A DNA stretch of 61,966 nt. It comes from Pyrinomonadales bacterium. Lineage in GTDB: Bacteria > Acidobacteriota > Blastocatellia > Pyrinomonadales > Pyrinomonadaceae. Position 1 is the stretch's first letter. Every line of letters begins with the position of its first letter. The stretch covers positions 1 through 61,966 of the forward strand of contig JBBQUS010000032.1 of the NCBI GenBank assembly GCA_038212235.1, written 5' to 3'. Positions 47,625-57,407 of the stretch are shown piece after piece. The notes beneath the pieces are model-generated. The model made no database searches. It was not told the DNA's origin and saw only the letters and a list, made by a program, of their open reading frames with translations. The position numbers were made by a program, and so were the translations under genes.

Positions 47625-49835
47625 ATGCAACCTGTCCCGCTTATAATTTTGGGCGTCGTCGCGCTCATCGTTCTGGCAGTCGTCTGGTATATTATCACGC
47701 GCTTTCTCGTTAATGTCGGAGCGCAGGAAGTAGCCATCAAGGAGCGCCGTTACTTTGGTAAAAGAATGCCGCAGGGCCGCGTCGTCGCCACCGAAGGCGA
47801 AGTCGGAATTCAGGCTGATGTGCTCAAACCGGGACTGCATTTTGTCTGGTATCCGGTCGAACAGGTCGTCCGGAAAGTGCCGCTTGTCGAAATCGGCGCG
47901 GACGAGCTCGGCATCATCGAAGCGATTGACGGTGAACCGATGCAGACCGGTTCAATCTTTGCGCCGGACAGAGCGCAAAACGCGCACAATAATTTCCAAG
48001 ACCCGATTGCGTTTATCAAGCAGGGCGGCGTCAAAGGCATTCAACTGCGCACCCTGCCGCCCGGAAAATGGGCGATTCACCCGTATTTGTTTAATGTTTC
48101 GATTGCCAAAGCCACCGTTATTCCGCCCGGAAAAATCGGCGTGGTAACGAGCGCGGACGGCGCGCAGCTCGAACCCGGACGGCTGCACGCGAGCGCCATC
48201 AAAGGTCACAAAAATTTTCAGGACGCCGAAAGTTTTGTTTACAACGGCGGACAGAAAGGGCCGCAGGTCGAAACTCTGACGCCCGGAACATACCGCATTC
48301 ACACGCAGTCAGTCGCGCTTAACGGCGGACAGGAAGCAAAACCCGGTCTTTTTTATGTTCGTCTCTATGACGCCACCGTGATTTCGGAAAATCAAATCGG
48401 GCTGGTCGAAGCTCTCGACGGAGCGCAGCTTGACCCGCGCGATTACGTCGCGCAAGCCGCCACCGGGCACGATAATTTTCAGGACAGCAATACCTTTATC
48501 ACCGGCGGCGGACAGCGCGGCCCGCAAAAAGACATTTTGCTGCCCGGAACTTATTACATCAATCCGCTGATGTTCAAAGTCATTCTCGAGCAGGCAAAAG
48601 AGATCAAACCCGGCGAAGTCGCGGTCATCGTTTCAAACGTCGGTAAAGATCCTTCGGAAGAAATTCGGCGAGAAATGGCCCGAAAAATCCGCGAACGTCT
48701 GGAGCGCGAAGAAGCCGAACAAATGCAAATCGCGGCGGAAAAACTCGACAAGATCGAAGGGGAAAATAATTCGCTCGATGAAATCAAAGCCGAACTGGCG
48801 AGCGGTGATCCGGCTGATAAACGGCTTGACAGCGGGGCACACGAAGCCTACGTCGTACCGGAAGGTTTTCGCGGAATTCAGGAAATGGTGGTCGGGCCCG
48901 GACGCTATTACGTCAACACTTTAGCGGTTTCGCCGATTATTATTCCGACAACCAATCAGACGGTAGAATGGACGGCGGGCGAAGTCGCCAACACCTTTGA
49001 TCCTTTTGAAGTCATTTCAAAAGACGGTTTTACGATGCAATTGGAAGTGCGCGTTGTCTTTCGCGTCAAACCCGAAGACGCGCCGTTTATGGTCGCAAAA
49101 ATCGGCGATGTTTCGCGCCTCATTCAAAACGTCATGCACCCGCTGATTGATTCGATTTTCCGCAACCAGGCGTCTGAATCTTCGGCGATGGCTTACCTGC
49201 AAAACCGTCATGAAGAACAGGAGCGCGCCGAAGCCCGCGTCCGAATGCACCTGTTGAAATATCATGTTGATGTGGTCAACGTTTTGATTTGTCACATTCA
49301 TCTGCCGGAAGAGTTGATGAAAACGCAAACCGAGAAGATTCTCGCTGAACAGCGGCAGGGAATGTACGACGCGCAGCGCGAAGCCGAAATCAAGCGCATC
49401 GAATTAGCCAAGACCAGTTCGCAGGCTGACAATCAGCGCAGTTTAATGGAAGCGACAGTTGGCGTGGAAATCTCCGCTAAACGTTCGGAACAGCGCAAGC
49501 GCGAAGCCGAAGGCGAAGCTTACTACATCAGCGAAACCGGCAAAGCCGAAGCCCAAAAAATGCAGCTCATCGGCGAAGCGCAGGGCGTCGCGTATCGCGA
49601 ACAAGTTAACGCCCTGGGCGCAAACGGTGTTGCCCTCGTTGAAACGCTCAAAGTAATCGGCGAAAAAGGCGTTCGCATCACGCCCGACATTATGGCTTCG
49701 GGCGGCAACGGAGATGGTGGCGGCGGAATCGGAAGTTTGCTGCTTCTCAATTTATTTCGTGACCAAATGAACAAAAACGGCAATGGCAACGGCAACGCCC
49801 AGCCAAACACTGCACCCGTTAACGGCAAAAGCTAG
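47625..49835 (+). CDS. SPFH/band-7 (flotillin-like) membrane protein whose SPFH domain is interrupted by 3-4 tandem repeats of about 90 aa, with a C-terminal Gly/Asn-rich tail
   Basis: N-terminal TM plus SPFH start (EVAIKERRYFGK...PGLHF). Repeats each carry H-x-N-F-Q-D...GG-x-x-G-x-Q...L-x-P-G-x-Y. Coiled coil. SPFH C-terminal half (VVFRVKPEDAPFMVAKIGD...VDVVNVLICHIHLPEEL). Confidence 0.6.
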   Translation: MQPVPLIILGVVALIVLAVVWYIITRFLVNVGAQEVAIKERRYFGKRMPQGRVVATEGEVGIQADVLKPGLHFVWYPVEQVVRKVPLVEIGADELGIIEAIDGEPMQTGSIFAPDRAQNAHNNFQDPIAFIKQGGVKGIQLRTLPPGKWAIHPYLFNVSIAKATVIPPGKIGVVTSADGAQLEPGRLHASAIKGHKNFQDAESFVYNGGQKGPQVETLTPGTYRIHTQSVALNGGQEAKPGLFYVRLYDATVISENQIGLVEALDGAQLDPRDYVAQAATGHDNFQDSNTFITGGGQRGPQKDILLPGTYYINPLMFKVILEQAKEIKPGEVAVIVSNVGKDPSEEIRREMARKIRERLEREEAEQMQIAAEKLDKIEGENNSLDEIKAELASGDPADKRLDSGAHEAYVVPEGFRGIQEMVVGPGRYYVNTLAVSPIIIPTTNQTVEWTAGEVANTFDPFEVISKDGFTMQLEVRVVFRVKPEDAPFMVAKIGDVSRLIQNVMHPLIDSIFRNQASESSAMAYLQNRHEEQERAEARVRMHLLKYHVDVVNVLICHIHLPEELMKTQTEKILAEQRQGMYDAQREAEIKRIELAKTSSQADNQRSLMEATVGVEISAKRSEQRKREAEGEAYYISETGKAEAQKMQLIGEAQGVAYREQVNALGANGVALVETLKVIGEKGVRITPDIMASGGNGDGGGGIGSLLLLNLFRDQMNKNGNGNGNAQPNTAPVNGKS

Positions 49836-49962
49836 GTTTAACTGATAACAGAAAACGGAAAACGGATAATTTTAGGTTCCTGCGCCTTTCATTATTCGTT
49901 TTCCGTTTTTCATTTTTAGTTTGGTTTTTGAGCATGTTACGATTAGATTTTCAGCATTATTA

Positions 49963-51240
49963 ATGAACGAAAATATTCAAGTCACGCGCCTCGCCAACGG
50001 GCTCACAATTCTAACCGAAAAAATGCCTGATTTGCGTTCGGCGACAATCGGCATCTGGCTTAAAAAAGGTTCTCGACACGAACCGGCAGAACTAAACGGA
50101 ATTTATCATTTTATCGAACATGCGGTTTTTAAAGGCACACAAAGGCGTTCTGCGTTTGACATCGCGACGGAATCAGACCGCCTCGGCGGCAACCTCGACG
50201 CCTTCACTTCGCATGAATCAACCGGATTTGTCATGAAGGTCGTGGACAAAAGTGTTCCGCAAGCCTTTGATTTACTGGCGGATATGGTAATCAATCCGCT
50301 CTTTGACAAAACCGAATTGCGGCGCGAGCAAAAAGTTATTATCGAAGAAATGAAAATGGTTGAAGATTCGCCCGAAGAATTTTTGGGGGAACTTTTTAAC
50401 CACGCTTTTTTTCCCGATCATCCTTTAGGTTTGCCGATTGAAGGCACGCGCCAAACTGTCAAAACTTTTGATCAGGAAACGACCGCCGCCTTTCACCGCG
50501 AAACATTCACGCCCGGTAATTTAATCGTCGCCGCCGCCGGAAATGTTGAACACGCTCAAATTGTCGAACTGGCAAGTAATTTTTTCGTCGCTCAAGAAAC
50601 GGAAATCCAAAATCCAAAATCCAAAATCCAAAATCCAAAGATGGCTGCTCCGATTTTGCTTAAGAAAAAGCCCGATCTGGAGCAGGCGCATCTGGTCATC
50701 GCCACGCCGTTTGTGACGGCAAAAAGCGAACAACGTTACGCCGCGCATCTTTTGACCAATATTATCGGCGGCGGAACTTCGTCGCGGTTGTGGCAATCGG
50801 TGCGGGAAAAACGCGGGCTGGCGTATTCGGTCGGGGCAAGCGCGATTTCATTTCAGGATTGCGGAGTGTTCTCGATTTATGCCGGAACTTCGCCCGTGCA
50901 GCTTGAAAAAGTCGTAGCTTTGTCAATTAGCGCAATGCGAAAAATGGTCAGGCGAGGTGTTTCGGCGGCGGAACTTGAACTGGTTAAAGAACAGGCCGCT
51001 GCTTCGATTTTGTTTGGTCTCGAAGATTCGAGCGTCCGCGCCGCGTCACTGGCCGAAAACGAGATGATTCACGGGCGGCAAATCTCGCCCGACGAAACCT
51101 TAGCCAACTTTCAAAAAGTTTCGACCGCCGACGTCCAAAATGTGGCGGCGGAGTTTTTTCAAACTGATAAAATCGCGCTCGCCGCGCTTGGCAATCTCAA
51201 CGGTTTCAAAGTCAAACGCTCGCGTTTTGAAACGGCGTAA
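49963..51240 (+). CDS. M16-family (pitrilysin/insulinase-like) zinc peptidase
   Basis: Inverted zinc motif HFIEHAVFKGT (HxxEH). Contains an in-frame (AAATCCA)x5 repeat encoding EIQNPKSKIQNPK. Confidence 0.75.
   Translation: MNENIQVTRLANGLTILTEKMPDLRSATIGIWLKKGSRHEPAELNGIYHFIEHAVFKGTQRRSAFDIATESDRLGGNLDAFTSHESTGFVMKVVDKSVPQAFDLLADMVINPLFDKTELRREQKVIIEEMKMVEDSPEEFLGELFNHAFFPDHPLGLPIEGTRQTVKTFDQETTAAFHRETFTPGNLIVAAAGNVEHAQIVELASNFFVAQETEIQNPKSKIQNPKMAAPILLKKKPDLEQAHLVIATPFVTAKSEQRYAAHLLTNIIGGGTSSRLWQSVREKRGLAYSVGASAISFQDCGVFSIYAGTSPVQLEKVVALSISAMRKMVRRGVSAAELELVKEQAAASILFGLEDSSVRAASLAENEMIHGRQISPDETLANFQKVSTADVQNVAAEFFQTDKIALAALGNLNGFKVKRSRFETA
50603..50639. repeat. (AAATCCA)x5 heptamer tandem repeat inside the M16 peptidase CDS
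   Basis: aaatccaaaatccaaaatccaaaatccaaaatccaaag. Confidence 0.9.
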
Positions 51241-51250
51241 AATCATTTTT

Positions 51251-51493
51251 ATGAAAGCGAAAATTTGCGTAATAATTGGACTGCTAACAGTCATCGCCGG
51301 TTTCATCACCGCCGTTTATTATGCCGACCAAATTATGACTGAAGTCTTGAGAGCGCAGGCGGCGGGAGTTGCCGAACCGAATCTGGACGTCAATGCCGCC
51401 GTTGCGGGCGGTTTGTTTGTCAGCATCGGTTTTGTTTTGGTCATCATCGGGTTAATCAAACTTAAAAGCGAAAAGAAAACGATTCAGCAATGA
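51251..51493 (+). CDS. Small two-TM membrane protein (80 aa)
   Basis: Two hydrophobic helices. 4-nt overlap with the downstream MBL gene. Confidence 0.45.
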   Translation: MKAKICVIIGLLTVIAGFITAVYYADQIMTEVLRAQAAGVAEPNLDVNAAVAGGLFVSIGFVLVIIGLIKLKSEKKTIQQ

Positions 51494-52314
51494 AATTTAC
51501 GGTTTTGGGCAGCGGTTCAACCGGAAACGCCGTTTTGATAACTGCGGGAAAAACAAAGGTGTTAGTTGATGCCGGTTTGAGCGCCAAGGAAATTGTGCGC
51601 CGCATTGCCGAAGTCGGCGAAGACATCGCGGCGCTGGACGCAATTCTGATTACCCATGAACACTCCGATCACGTCGGCGGTTTGCGGGTTCTCTTAAAAA
51701 GCGTCGGCTGTCCGATTTTTCTTTCGGGAGCGACGCTCGAAGCCTATCTTTTTGAAAAACGCCAGGTTAAGCCCGACGAAGGCGTCAAGCGCACCGATGC
51801 CATCAAAGGCCGTGTGGTTGAAATCGAATCGAGCAAAGATTTTTGTATCGGCGAAATTGATTTTGAACCGTTTTCAATTCCGCACGACGCAGCGGATAAT
51901 TTTGGTTTTGTCGCAAAACAAGCGGGCGTCAGAATTGCCGCGCTCACCGATTTCGGCCACATTACGACGCTCATTTCGCAAAAAATGCGCGGCTGCGAAG
52001 CAATTATTGTCGAATCAAATCACAATCTGGCAATGCTCAAAACCTGTCCGGTTTATTCGTGGGATTTGAAACAGCGGATTTCCTCGCGCACCGGACATCT
52101 CTCAAATGAAGATTTGGCGGTTTGGCTGACTAACGAGTTTGACGGCGCGGCGCGGCGAATTGTTTTAACGCATCTCTCGCAGCGCGCCAACGAACCGCAT
52201 TTAGCTAAATTAACCGCCGAAGCCGCTTTGCGCGAGCGCTCGCCGCTTTTCAAAACGGAAACCAAGGTAACTATTTCGCATCACAAAAATCCGACCGAGT
52301 GGATAGAATTTTAA
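51490..52314 (+). CDS. MBL-fold metallo-hydrolase (YycJ-like)
   Basis: LITHEHSDHVGG motif. 274 aa. Confidence 0.75.
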   Translation: MKFTVLGSGSTGNAVLITAGKTKVLVDAGLSAKEIVRRIAEVGEDIAALDAILITHEHSDHVGGLRVLLKSVGCPIFLSGATLEAYLFEKRQVKPDEGVKRTDAIKGRVVEIESSKDFCIGEIDFEPFSIPHDAADNFGFVAKQAGVRIAALTDFGHITTLISQKMRGCEAIIVESNHNLAMLKTCPVYSWDLKQRISSRTGHLSNEDLAVWLTNEFDGAARRIVLTHLSQRANEPHLAKLTAEAALRERSPLFKTETKVTISHHKNPTEWIEF

Positions 52315-52334
52315 TTCTTAGGCGCTCATCACTG

Positions 52335-53075
52335 CTACCGCCGCGTCATTATATTTCCAGCCTGCGGGGAAGTTCCGATGGCAAAAACTTTAACCAGCGC
52401 GAGACCGGCGACAAATCCTCCGATGTGCGCCATGTAAGCGACGCCGCCCGTGCCGGTTGGCGTCATGTAACCTTGGATGGCTTGATAGACAATCCACAGC
52501 CCAAGCGCGACAAACGCCGGAACCTGCACAATGCTGTAAAAAATAATCGCGTGGACGCTGCGGCGCGGGAAAAGCAGCAAATAACCACCGAGAACTCCGG
52601 AAATCGCGCCCGATGCTCCCAGCGTCGGAATTACCGAATTGTGGTCAGAGAGGATTTGCGCTAACGCCGCAATCACACCGCATAAAAGATAAAAAACCAG
52701 ATAACGAAAATGCCCGAGCCGATCTTCGAGATTGTCCCCGAAAATCCAGAGATACAACATGTTGCCGGCAATGTGCGAAAAACCGGCGTGCATAAACATT
52801 GCAGTCAAAATCGTGCTGTAAACCGGAATCGGCGTTGGTTGGAGCGGAATTCTGGCGATGACATGTCCGGCCAAATCTGTCACCGGAACCATTCCCTGTA
52901 AATCCAAACCTGTCCAAATTTCTTTGGGCACGGCGGCAAACGCGTAAGTAAAAGCGTCGTTTGCGCCGAATCCCTGAAACAAAACGAAAACAATTATGTT
53001 GAGCGCGATAATCGCGTAATTAACATAGGGAAAATTGATGCGATCCGTATTATCGTCGCCAATCGGAAAAAGCAT
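52335..53075 (-). CDS. Rhomboid-family intramembrane serine protease
   Basis: GASGAISGVLG (GxSG) and catalytic His in AGFSHIAGNM. Six TM helices. Confidence 0.8.
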   Translation of the reverse strand: MLFPIGDDNTDRINFPYVNYAIIALNIIVFVLFQGFGANDAFTYAFAAVPKEIWTGLDLQGMVPVTDLAGHVIARIPLQPTPIPVYSTILTAMFMHAGFSHIAGNMLYLWIFGDNLEDRLGHFRYLVFYLLCGVIAALAQILSDHNSVIPTLGASGAISGVLGGYLLLFPRRSVHAIIFYSIVQVPAFVALGLWIVYQAIQGYMTPTGTGGVAYMAHIGGFVAGLALVKVFAIGTSPQAGNIMTRR

Positions 53076-53449
53076 TTTCTTTGAGCCTCGCTTTTATTTC
53101 AGATATTTCCTGCCGATAATGTTACTATGTTCTTATATTCGGTACTGAGTGTTTTTGCACCAAAAATCCCTGAAATATTCGGGGACAACCGAAAATGGTG
53201 ATAAAGGCATCTTATCGTTGATATTAGTCCTTCTCTCTTTTATTTAACAACGGGCGCGTCTCCATTTGATTTGTTTCTCCGGTGGCGTTTGGGATAGTTC
53301 GAGAGTTAGGTTGGCTTTTCACCCTGGAAGTAGCTCTCTAAGCTGAGCTTTCAAACTCAAAGTCTTCTCGCTGCAACCGTTTTGCCGAAGCACACTTTCC
53401 GTTTGCGAACTTCTTTTGACGCTCCTGAAATACGGAGAGGAGAATTTTT
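53076..53449 (+). promoter_or_regulatory. Long (about 350 nt) 5' leader/promoter region of the RRM RNA-binding protein gene
   Basis: Non-coding stretch upstream of rbp. GGAGAG RBS 8 nt before the ATG. Confidence 0.35.
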
Positions 53450-53785
53450 ATGTCCACAAAACTTTACGTCGGTAATCTTTCATTTAAAACAACCGACCAA
53501 GATCTACAAGACCTTTTCGCACAAGCCGGAACGGTTCAATCAATTAACATTATCACTGACCGCGACACCGGTTTTTCGCGCGGCTTCGGCTTTGTCGAAA
53601 TGTCCTCGCCTGAAGAAGGTGCAGCTGCTATTCAGCAATTAAACGGCAAGGAAATTGACGGTCGTGGTTTGACCGTTAACGAAGCTAAACCCCGCGAAGA
53701 ACGCAGCGGCGGTGGTGGCGGCGGCAGAAACGGCGGCGGCGGTGGCCGCGGCGGTTTTGGCGGCGGCAATCGCGGCGGCTACTAG
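53450..53785 (+). CDS. RRM-domain RNA-binding protein with a glycine-rich C-terminus
   Basis: RNP1 (RGFGFVEM) and RNP2 (LYVGNL) motifs. [23 protein letters not shown] tail. Confidence 0.85.
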   Translation: MSTKLYVGNLSFKTTDQDLQDLFAQAGTVQSINIITDRDTGFSRGFGFVEMSSPEEGAAAIQQLNGKEIDGRGLTVNEAKPREERSGGGGGGRNGGGGGRGGFGGGNRGGY

Positions 53786-53846
53786 AAAAAAAGCAGACGC
53801 GGCGATTCCTGGCTATAAACGGTCGAGAAATGCCGGTCACTTTCAA

Positions 53847-53890
53847 GAAATGTCCCAAGCTGAGTATTCAGCTTGGGACATTTTTACGTC
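53847..53890 (+). terminator. Rho-independent terminator after rbp
   Basis: aaatgtcccaagctga-gtat-tcagcttgggacattt + ttt, a perfect 16-bp stem. Confidence 0.7.
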
Positions 53891-53941
53891 TTTGGCGCAG
53901 CTGCCGATTTGCCTTTATAACCAAAAGATTGAGGAAAATTA

Positions 53942-54160
53942 ATGAAAGAAGATTTAATTGAAGCGGAGGGTTTAATTGTTGACAAACAGCCGAACGCCTT
54001 TTTCAAAGTTCAGGTTAACGGTACAGAGCATTTAGTTCTTGCTCAAATTTCAGGGAAAATGCGTAAATTTCGAATTCGGATTCTGGTCGGTGATCGGGTT
54101 AATATCGAAATGTCCCCGTATGATTTATCACGAGGGCGAATAACTTATCGCCACAAATAA
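53942..54160 (+). CDS. infA: Translation initiation factor IF-1
   Basis: 72 aa with S1-like IF-1 consensus ([18 protein letters not shown]...[13 protein letters not shown]). Confidence 0.9.
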   Translation: MKEDLIEAEGLIVDKQPNAFFKVQVNGTEHLVLAQISGKMRKFRIRILVGDRVNIEMSPYDLSRGRITYRHK

Positions 54161-54223
54161 CGAGCACGGAGAAGGTTTTTTAGTGTTAATTATCAGAAAA
54201 TAAATTTTAAAGGAGATTATCCA

Positions 54224-54574
54224 ATGGAAAAACAATTAGCTACAGTTGGGGAACGCGTCGAAAAATTTTGTGTGACCTGCGATGAGGAACTTGGACACGT
54301 CGTCGAATCAATTACCAAGGCCGGTAAAATCTCGCGCGTCAGCTGTTCGCAATGCGGCATTCGCGGAACTTTCAAAGCCGGCACTCGAACAAACGGCCAA
54401 CCGGAATCGCTCGGCACGGATGATGCCTATGATCGCTTTAGAACGTATCGAACCGGACAAAAAATGATGCACCCAACGTTTGGAGCCGGCAAAGTCACAA
54501 AATTAATTGACTCACAAATGATAGATGTGTTGTTTGCCGACCGGTTGCGCCGCCTGATTCACTCGCGTGTCTAA
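54224..54574 (+). CDS. Hypothetical zinc-ribbon protein (CxxC...CxxC)
   Basis: CVTCDE...CSQCG cysteine pairs. 116 aa. Confidence 0.45.
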   Translation: MEKQLATVGERVEKFCVTCDEELGHVVESITKAGKISRVSCSQCGIRGTFKAGTRTNGQPESLGTDDAYDRFRTYRTGQKMMHPTFGAGKVTKLIDSQMIDVLFADRLRRLIHSRV

Positions 54575-54608
54575 CCGCCTTTAAAAAGTGCCCTAGAATC
54601 CTCAGACG

Positions 54609-54666
54609 TTTTGACTCAAACATTATTAAGAGACCTCTCAAGCCAGTAATGTTTGAGTCAAATTTG
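54609..54666. terminator. Bidirectional hairpin between convergent genes
   Basis: tttgactcaaacatta...taatgtttgagtcaaa, a 16-bp perfect stem with a loop of about 22 nt. Confidence 0.5.
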
Positions 54667-54690
54667 TCCTGCCATAACTCAAACTCAGAT

Positions 54691-56196
54691 TTAGATTGCG
54701 GCAATCGGCGGTTGTCCGGTAACTTGTTCGAGTTCGGCTTCTTCGCGTTCCCATTCCTCGTTGCGAAACGCACCTTCCCATTTGGCGATAACCACAGTCG
54801 CGAGGCAGTTGCCAATTACATTAACGGCGGTGCGCGCCATATCCATTAATTCATCAACTCCCAAAATCAAAATCACGCCTTCGACCGGCAGATTAAACGA
54901 AGCCAGTGTGCCAAGCAAAATCACGAGCGAAGCGCGCGGTACGCCCGCCACGCCTTTTGACGTTAGCATCAATGTCAGCAGCATCACAATTTGCTGCGTC
55001 CATGTCAGCGAAACGCCGGCCGCCTGCGCCACGAAAATTGAGGCGAGAGCGAGATAAAGTGTCGTTCCGTCAAGATTAAAACTATAACCGGTTGGCAAAA
55101 CAAACCCGACGATGCGCTGCGGAACGCCCAGTCGCACCATATTTTCCATCGCTCTGGGCAAAGCGGATTCGCTCGATGTAGTCGCAAATGCGATTGTCGC
55201 CGGAGTTTTGACCGCGTTGATAAAATCTCGCAGCGGAACTTTGAAAATGAGCGCAATCGGCAGCAGGACGAGCAAGAGAAAGGCGACGAGGGCGCCGTAA
55301 AGCGTTCCGACGAGCATTCCAAGATTTAATAAAACCTTGAGGCCGCTATGACCGATTGTATAAGCCATTGCCGCGCCGACTCCGACGGGCGCAAATTTCA
55401 TAATAAATTCGGTAAAGCGAAACATGATATCAGCGAGCGATTCGCACCAACTAATCATTGCGCCCGCCTTTTCGCCGCCGATACTGGTCACGGCGAGAGC
55501 GAAAATCACCGAAAAAACAACAATCTGCAAAACGTCGCCTTCGGCCATCGCCTGAATAATCGAAGTCGGCGAAAGATGCGCGATAATTTCGCCAAATGTT
55601 TTTGGTTTCGCGGGTGGCTCCGGCGCGGTTAAACCGCGCGCTGCGGCGTCAGCGGCTGCGGCGGCTTTTTGAGACGCTATTGCCGATTGCTGTTCGGCTT
55701 CGACGCCAGCATTTGGATTCGTTGCCGTTTGCGCTCTTAATTCGTCTGCGCGTTTTGAGGCATCGGTAGCTTCAGCAGCCAGTGATTTGGCGCGCTCTGC
55801 CAGAAGCGCTTTGTCCTCGGTCTTGGCAATACCCGATAATGAGACCCCCTTCCCGGGTTGGACGATATTAACCGCCGCTAAACCGATAAAGAGCGCGAGC
55901 GTCGTGACGATTTCAAAATAAATCAATGATTTTGCGCCGATTCGACCAACTTGTTTGATGTCTCCCGTTCCGGCGATTCCGATGACCAGAGTGGCAAAAA
56001 TCAACGGCGCGATGATTGATTTGATTAAATTTAGAAAAAGCGTCGAAAGAGACCTGATCATCGTCAGATAAGCGTCGGCATCAAACTGCTCTTTCGGAAC
56101 ATTAGCTTTAACCTCCTGAATCAGCGCGCCGAGCAAAATGCCCAGCACCAGCCCAATCATGATTTTCCAAGTCAGAGAAATTTTCGGCAGTTTCAT
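54691..56196 (-). CDS. Dicarboxylate/amino acid:cation symporter (GltP/GltT family) with an Ala-rich insert of about 75 aa
   Basis: DAACS conserved blocks (…GVPQRIVGFVLPTGYSFNLDGT…; …VDELMDMARTAVNVIGNCLAT…). Confidence 0.8.
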   Translation of the reverse strand: MKLPKISLTWKIMIGLVLGILLGALIQEVKANVPKEQFDADAYLTMIRSLSTLFLNLIKSIIAPLIFATLVIGIAGTGDIKQVGRIGAKSLIYFEIVTTLALFIGLAAVNIVQPGKGVSLSGIAKTEDKALLAERAKSLAAEATDASKRADELRAQTATNPNAGVEAEQQSAIASQKAAAAADAAARGLTAPEPPAKPKTFGEIIAHLSPTSIIQAMAEGDVLQIVVFSVIFALAVTSIGGEKAGAMISWCESLADIMFRFTEFIMKFAPVGVGAAMAYTIGHSGLKVLLNLGMLVGTLYGALVAFLLLVLLPIALIFKVPLRDFINAVKTPATIAFATTSSESALPRAMENMVRLGVPQRIVGFVLPTGYSFNLDGTTLYLALASIFVAQAAGVSLTWTQQIVMLLTLMLTSKGVAGVPRASLVILLGTLASFNLPVEGVILILGVDELMDMARTAVNVIGNCLATVVIAKWEGAFRNEEWEREEAELEQVTGQPPIAAI

Positions 56197-56204
56197 TTTT
56201 TATT

Positions 56205-56248
56205 GGTGAATAGTAAATAGTGAATAGTAAATAGTGAATAGTGAATAT
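56205..56248. repeat. (GTGAATA/GTAAATA)x6 heptamer tandem array immediately upstream of the gltP-like start
   Basis: ggtgaatagtaaatagtgaatagtaaatagtgaatagtgaatat. Confidence 0.9.
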
Positions 56249-56311
56249 AAAAGTAATTGTGAAGTTTACTCGTCCGCATATTCTTATATTTTCCTTTATT
56301 TTCCTTGAATG

Positions 56312-56339
56312 CACCATTTACCATTCATCATTCACCATT
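56312..56339. repeat. Inverted copy of the GTGAAT-family heptamer array
   Basis: caccatttaccattcatcattcaccatt is the reverse complement of aatggtgaatgatgaatggtaaatggtg. Confidence 0.8.
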
Positions 56340-56346
56340 AAATTTC

Positions 56347-57255
56347 CTATCTTCCCCAACGCAGTTTGTCGCGCAAAACATCGAAATAATTGCGGTTGTG
56401 CGGTTGAACGAGGTTAAAAGTAGTTTTGCTTTTGCGAATTCGTACAATATCGTTTGTTTGCAGTTCGTATCCGACCTGTCCGTCCAGAGTTAGTATTACT
56501 TCTTCGCCCATCGTATTTAATTGCAATTCGATAATGGCATCGTCCGGCATGACAATTGGGCGATTTGAGAGCGTAAAAGGACAAATCGGAGTGATCACCA
56601 GCGCATTCATTGTCGGAAATACGATTGGCCCGCCAGCCGATAAATTGTAAGCGGTCGAACCGGTCGGAGTCGAGACAATCAAACCATCGGCGCGGAAGGC
56701 ATTGACAAACATTTGATTAAATCTTGTCTCGATTTCAATAATTCGGGCGAGAGCGGCTTTGTTGATGACGACATCGTTCAGGACGCGATTGCTCGACAAA
56801 ACTCCGTCGCCGCGCAAATGCTCGACGCGGAGAGTGACGCGGCGGTCGAGCTCATAATTTCCCGCTAAAATTTCCTCAAGCGCGGCAAACATCTCCTCAA
56901 TTCGGAATTCGGTCAGATATCCGAGACTGCCGTAATTAATTCCCAAAACCGGAATCTCGCGGTCGCCGACGATTCGCACCGTCGCAATCATTGTCCCGTC
57001 GCCGCCGAGCACAACGAGTAAATCAACGTCTTCGCCGATTCTTCCGTTCTCAACTGCCGAAATATCGCAAAAATTGATGTCTCCCGCAAATTTTTCCGAC
57101 TGCGAAAGCGGTTCACCGAAGGTTTTAATGCCGCGTTCAGCAAACCACCCGGCCAGCTCGCAAGCCGTCCGCCATGCTTCCGCATGGCGGGGTTTAACTA
57201 CTACTCGGACAGATTTTACGACCGGTTTGGGGGCCGGTTCAAGTTGCGAATTCAA
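56347..57255 (-). CDS. nadK: NAD(+) kinase
   Basis: GGDGTMI motif (VLGGDGTMIATVR) and NAD kinase blocks. Confidence 0.8.
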   Translation of the reverse strand: MNSQLEPAPKPVVKSVRVVVKPRHAEAWRTACELAGWFAERGIKTFGEPLSQSEKFAGDINFCDISAVENGRIGEDVDLLVVLGGDGTMIATVRIVGDREIPVLGINYGSLGYLTEFRIEEMFAALEEILAGNYELDRRVTLRVEHLRGDGVLSSNRVLNDVVINKAALARIIEIETRFNQMFVNAFRADGLIVSTPTGSTAYNLSAGGPIVFPTMNALVITPICPFTLSNRPIVMPDDAIIELQLNTMGEEVILTLDGQVGYELQTNDIVRIRKSKTTFNLVQPHNRNYFDVLRDKLRWGR

Positions 57256-57407
57256 TTAATAAAGCCTCGAGAATGCAGATTTAATAAAACGCTTCGTAGT
57301 TTAGTCAAAGCGGCGGCAAAAAGAAAATGCAAATCGGAAATCCTTGTAAAAGATAAACGAAAGTTTGACAAATTCACACTAAATAAGTTAAAACATAAGT
57401 AAGTACT

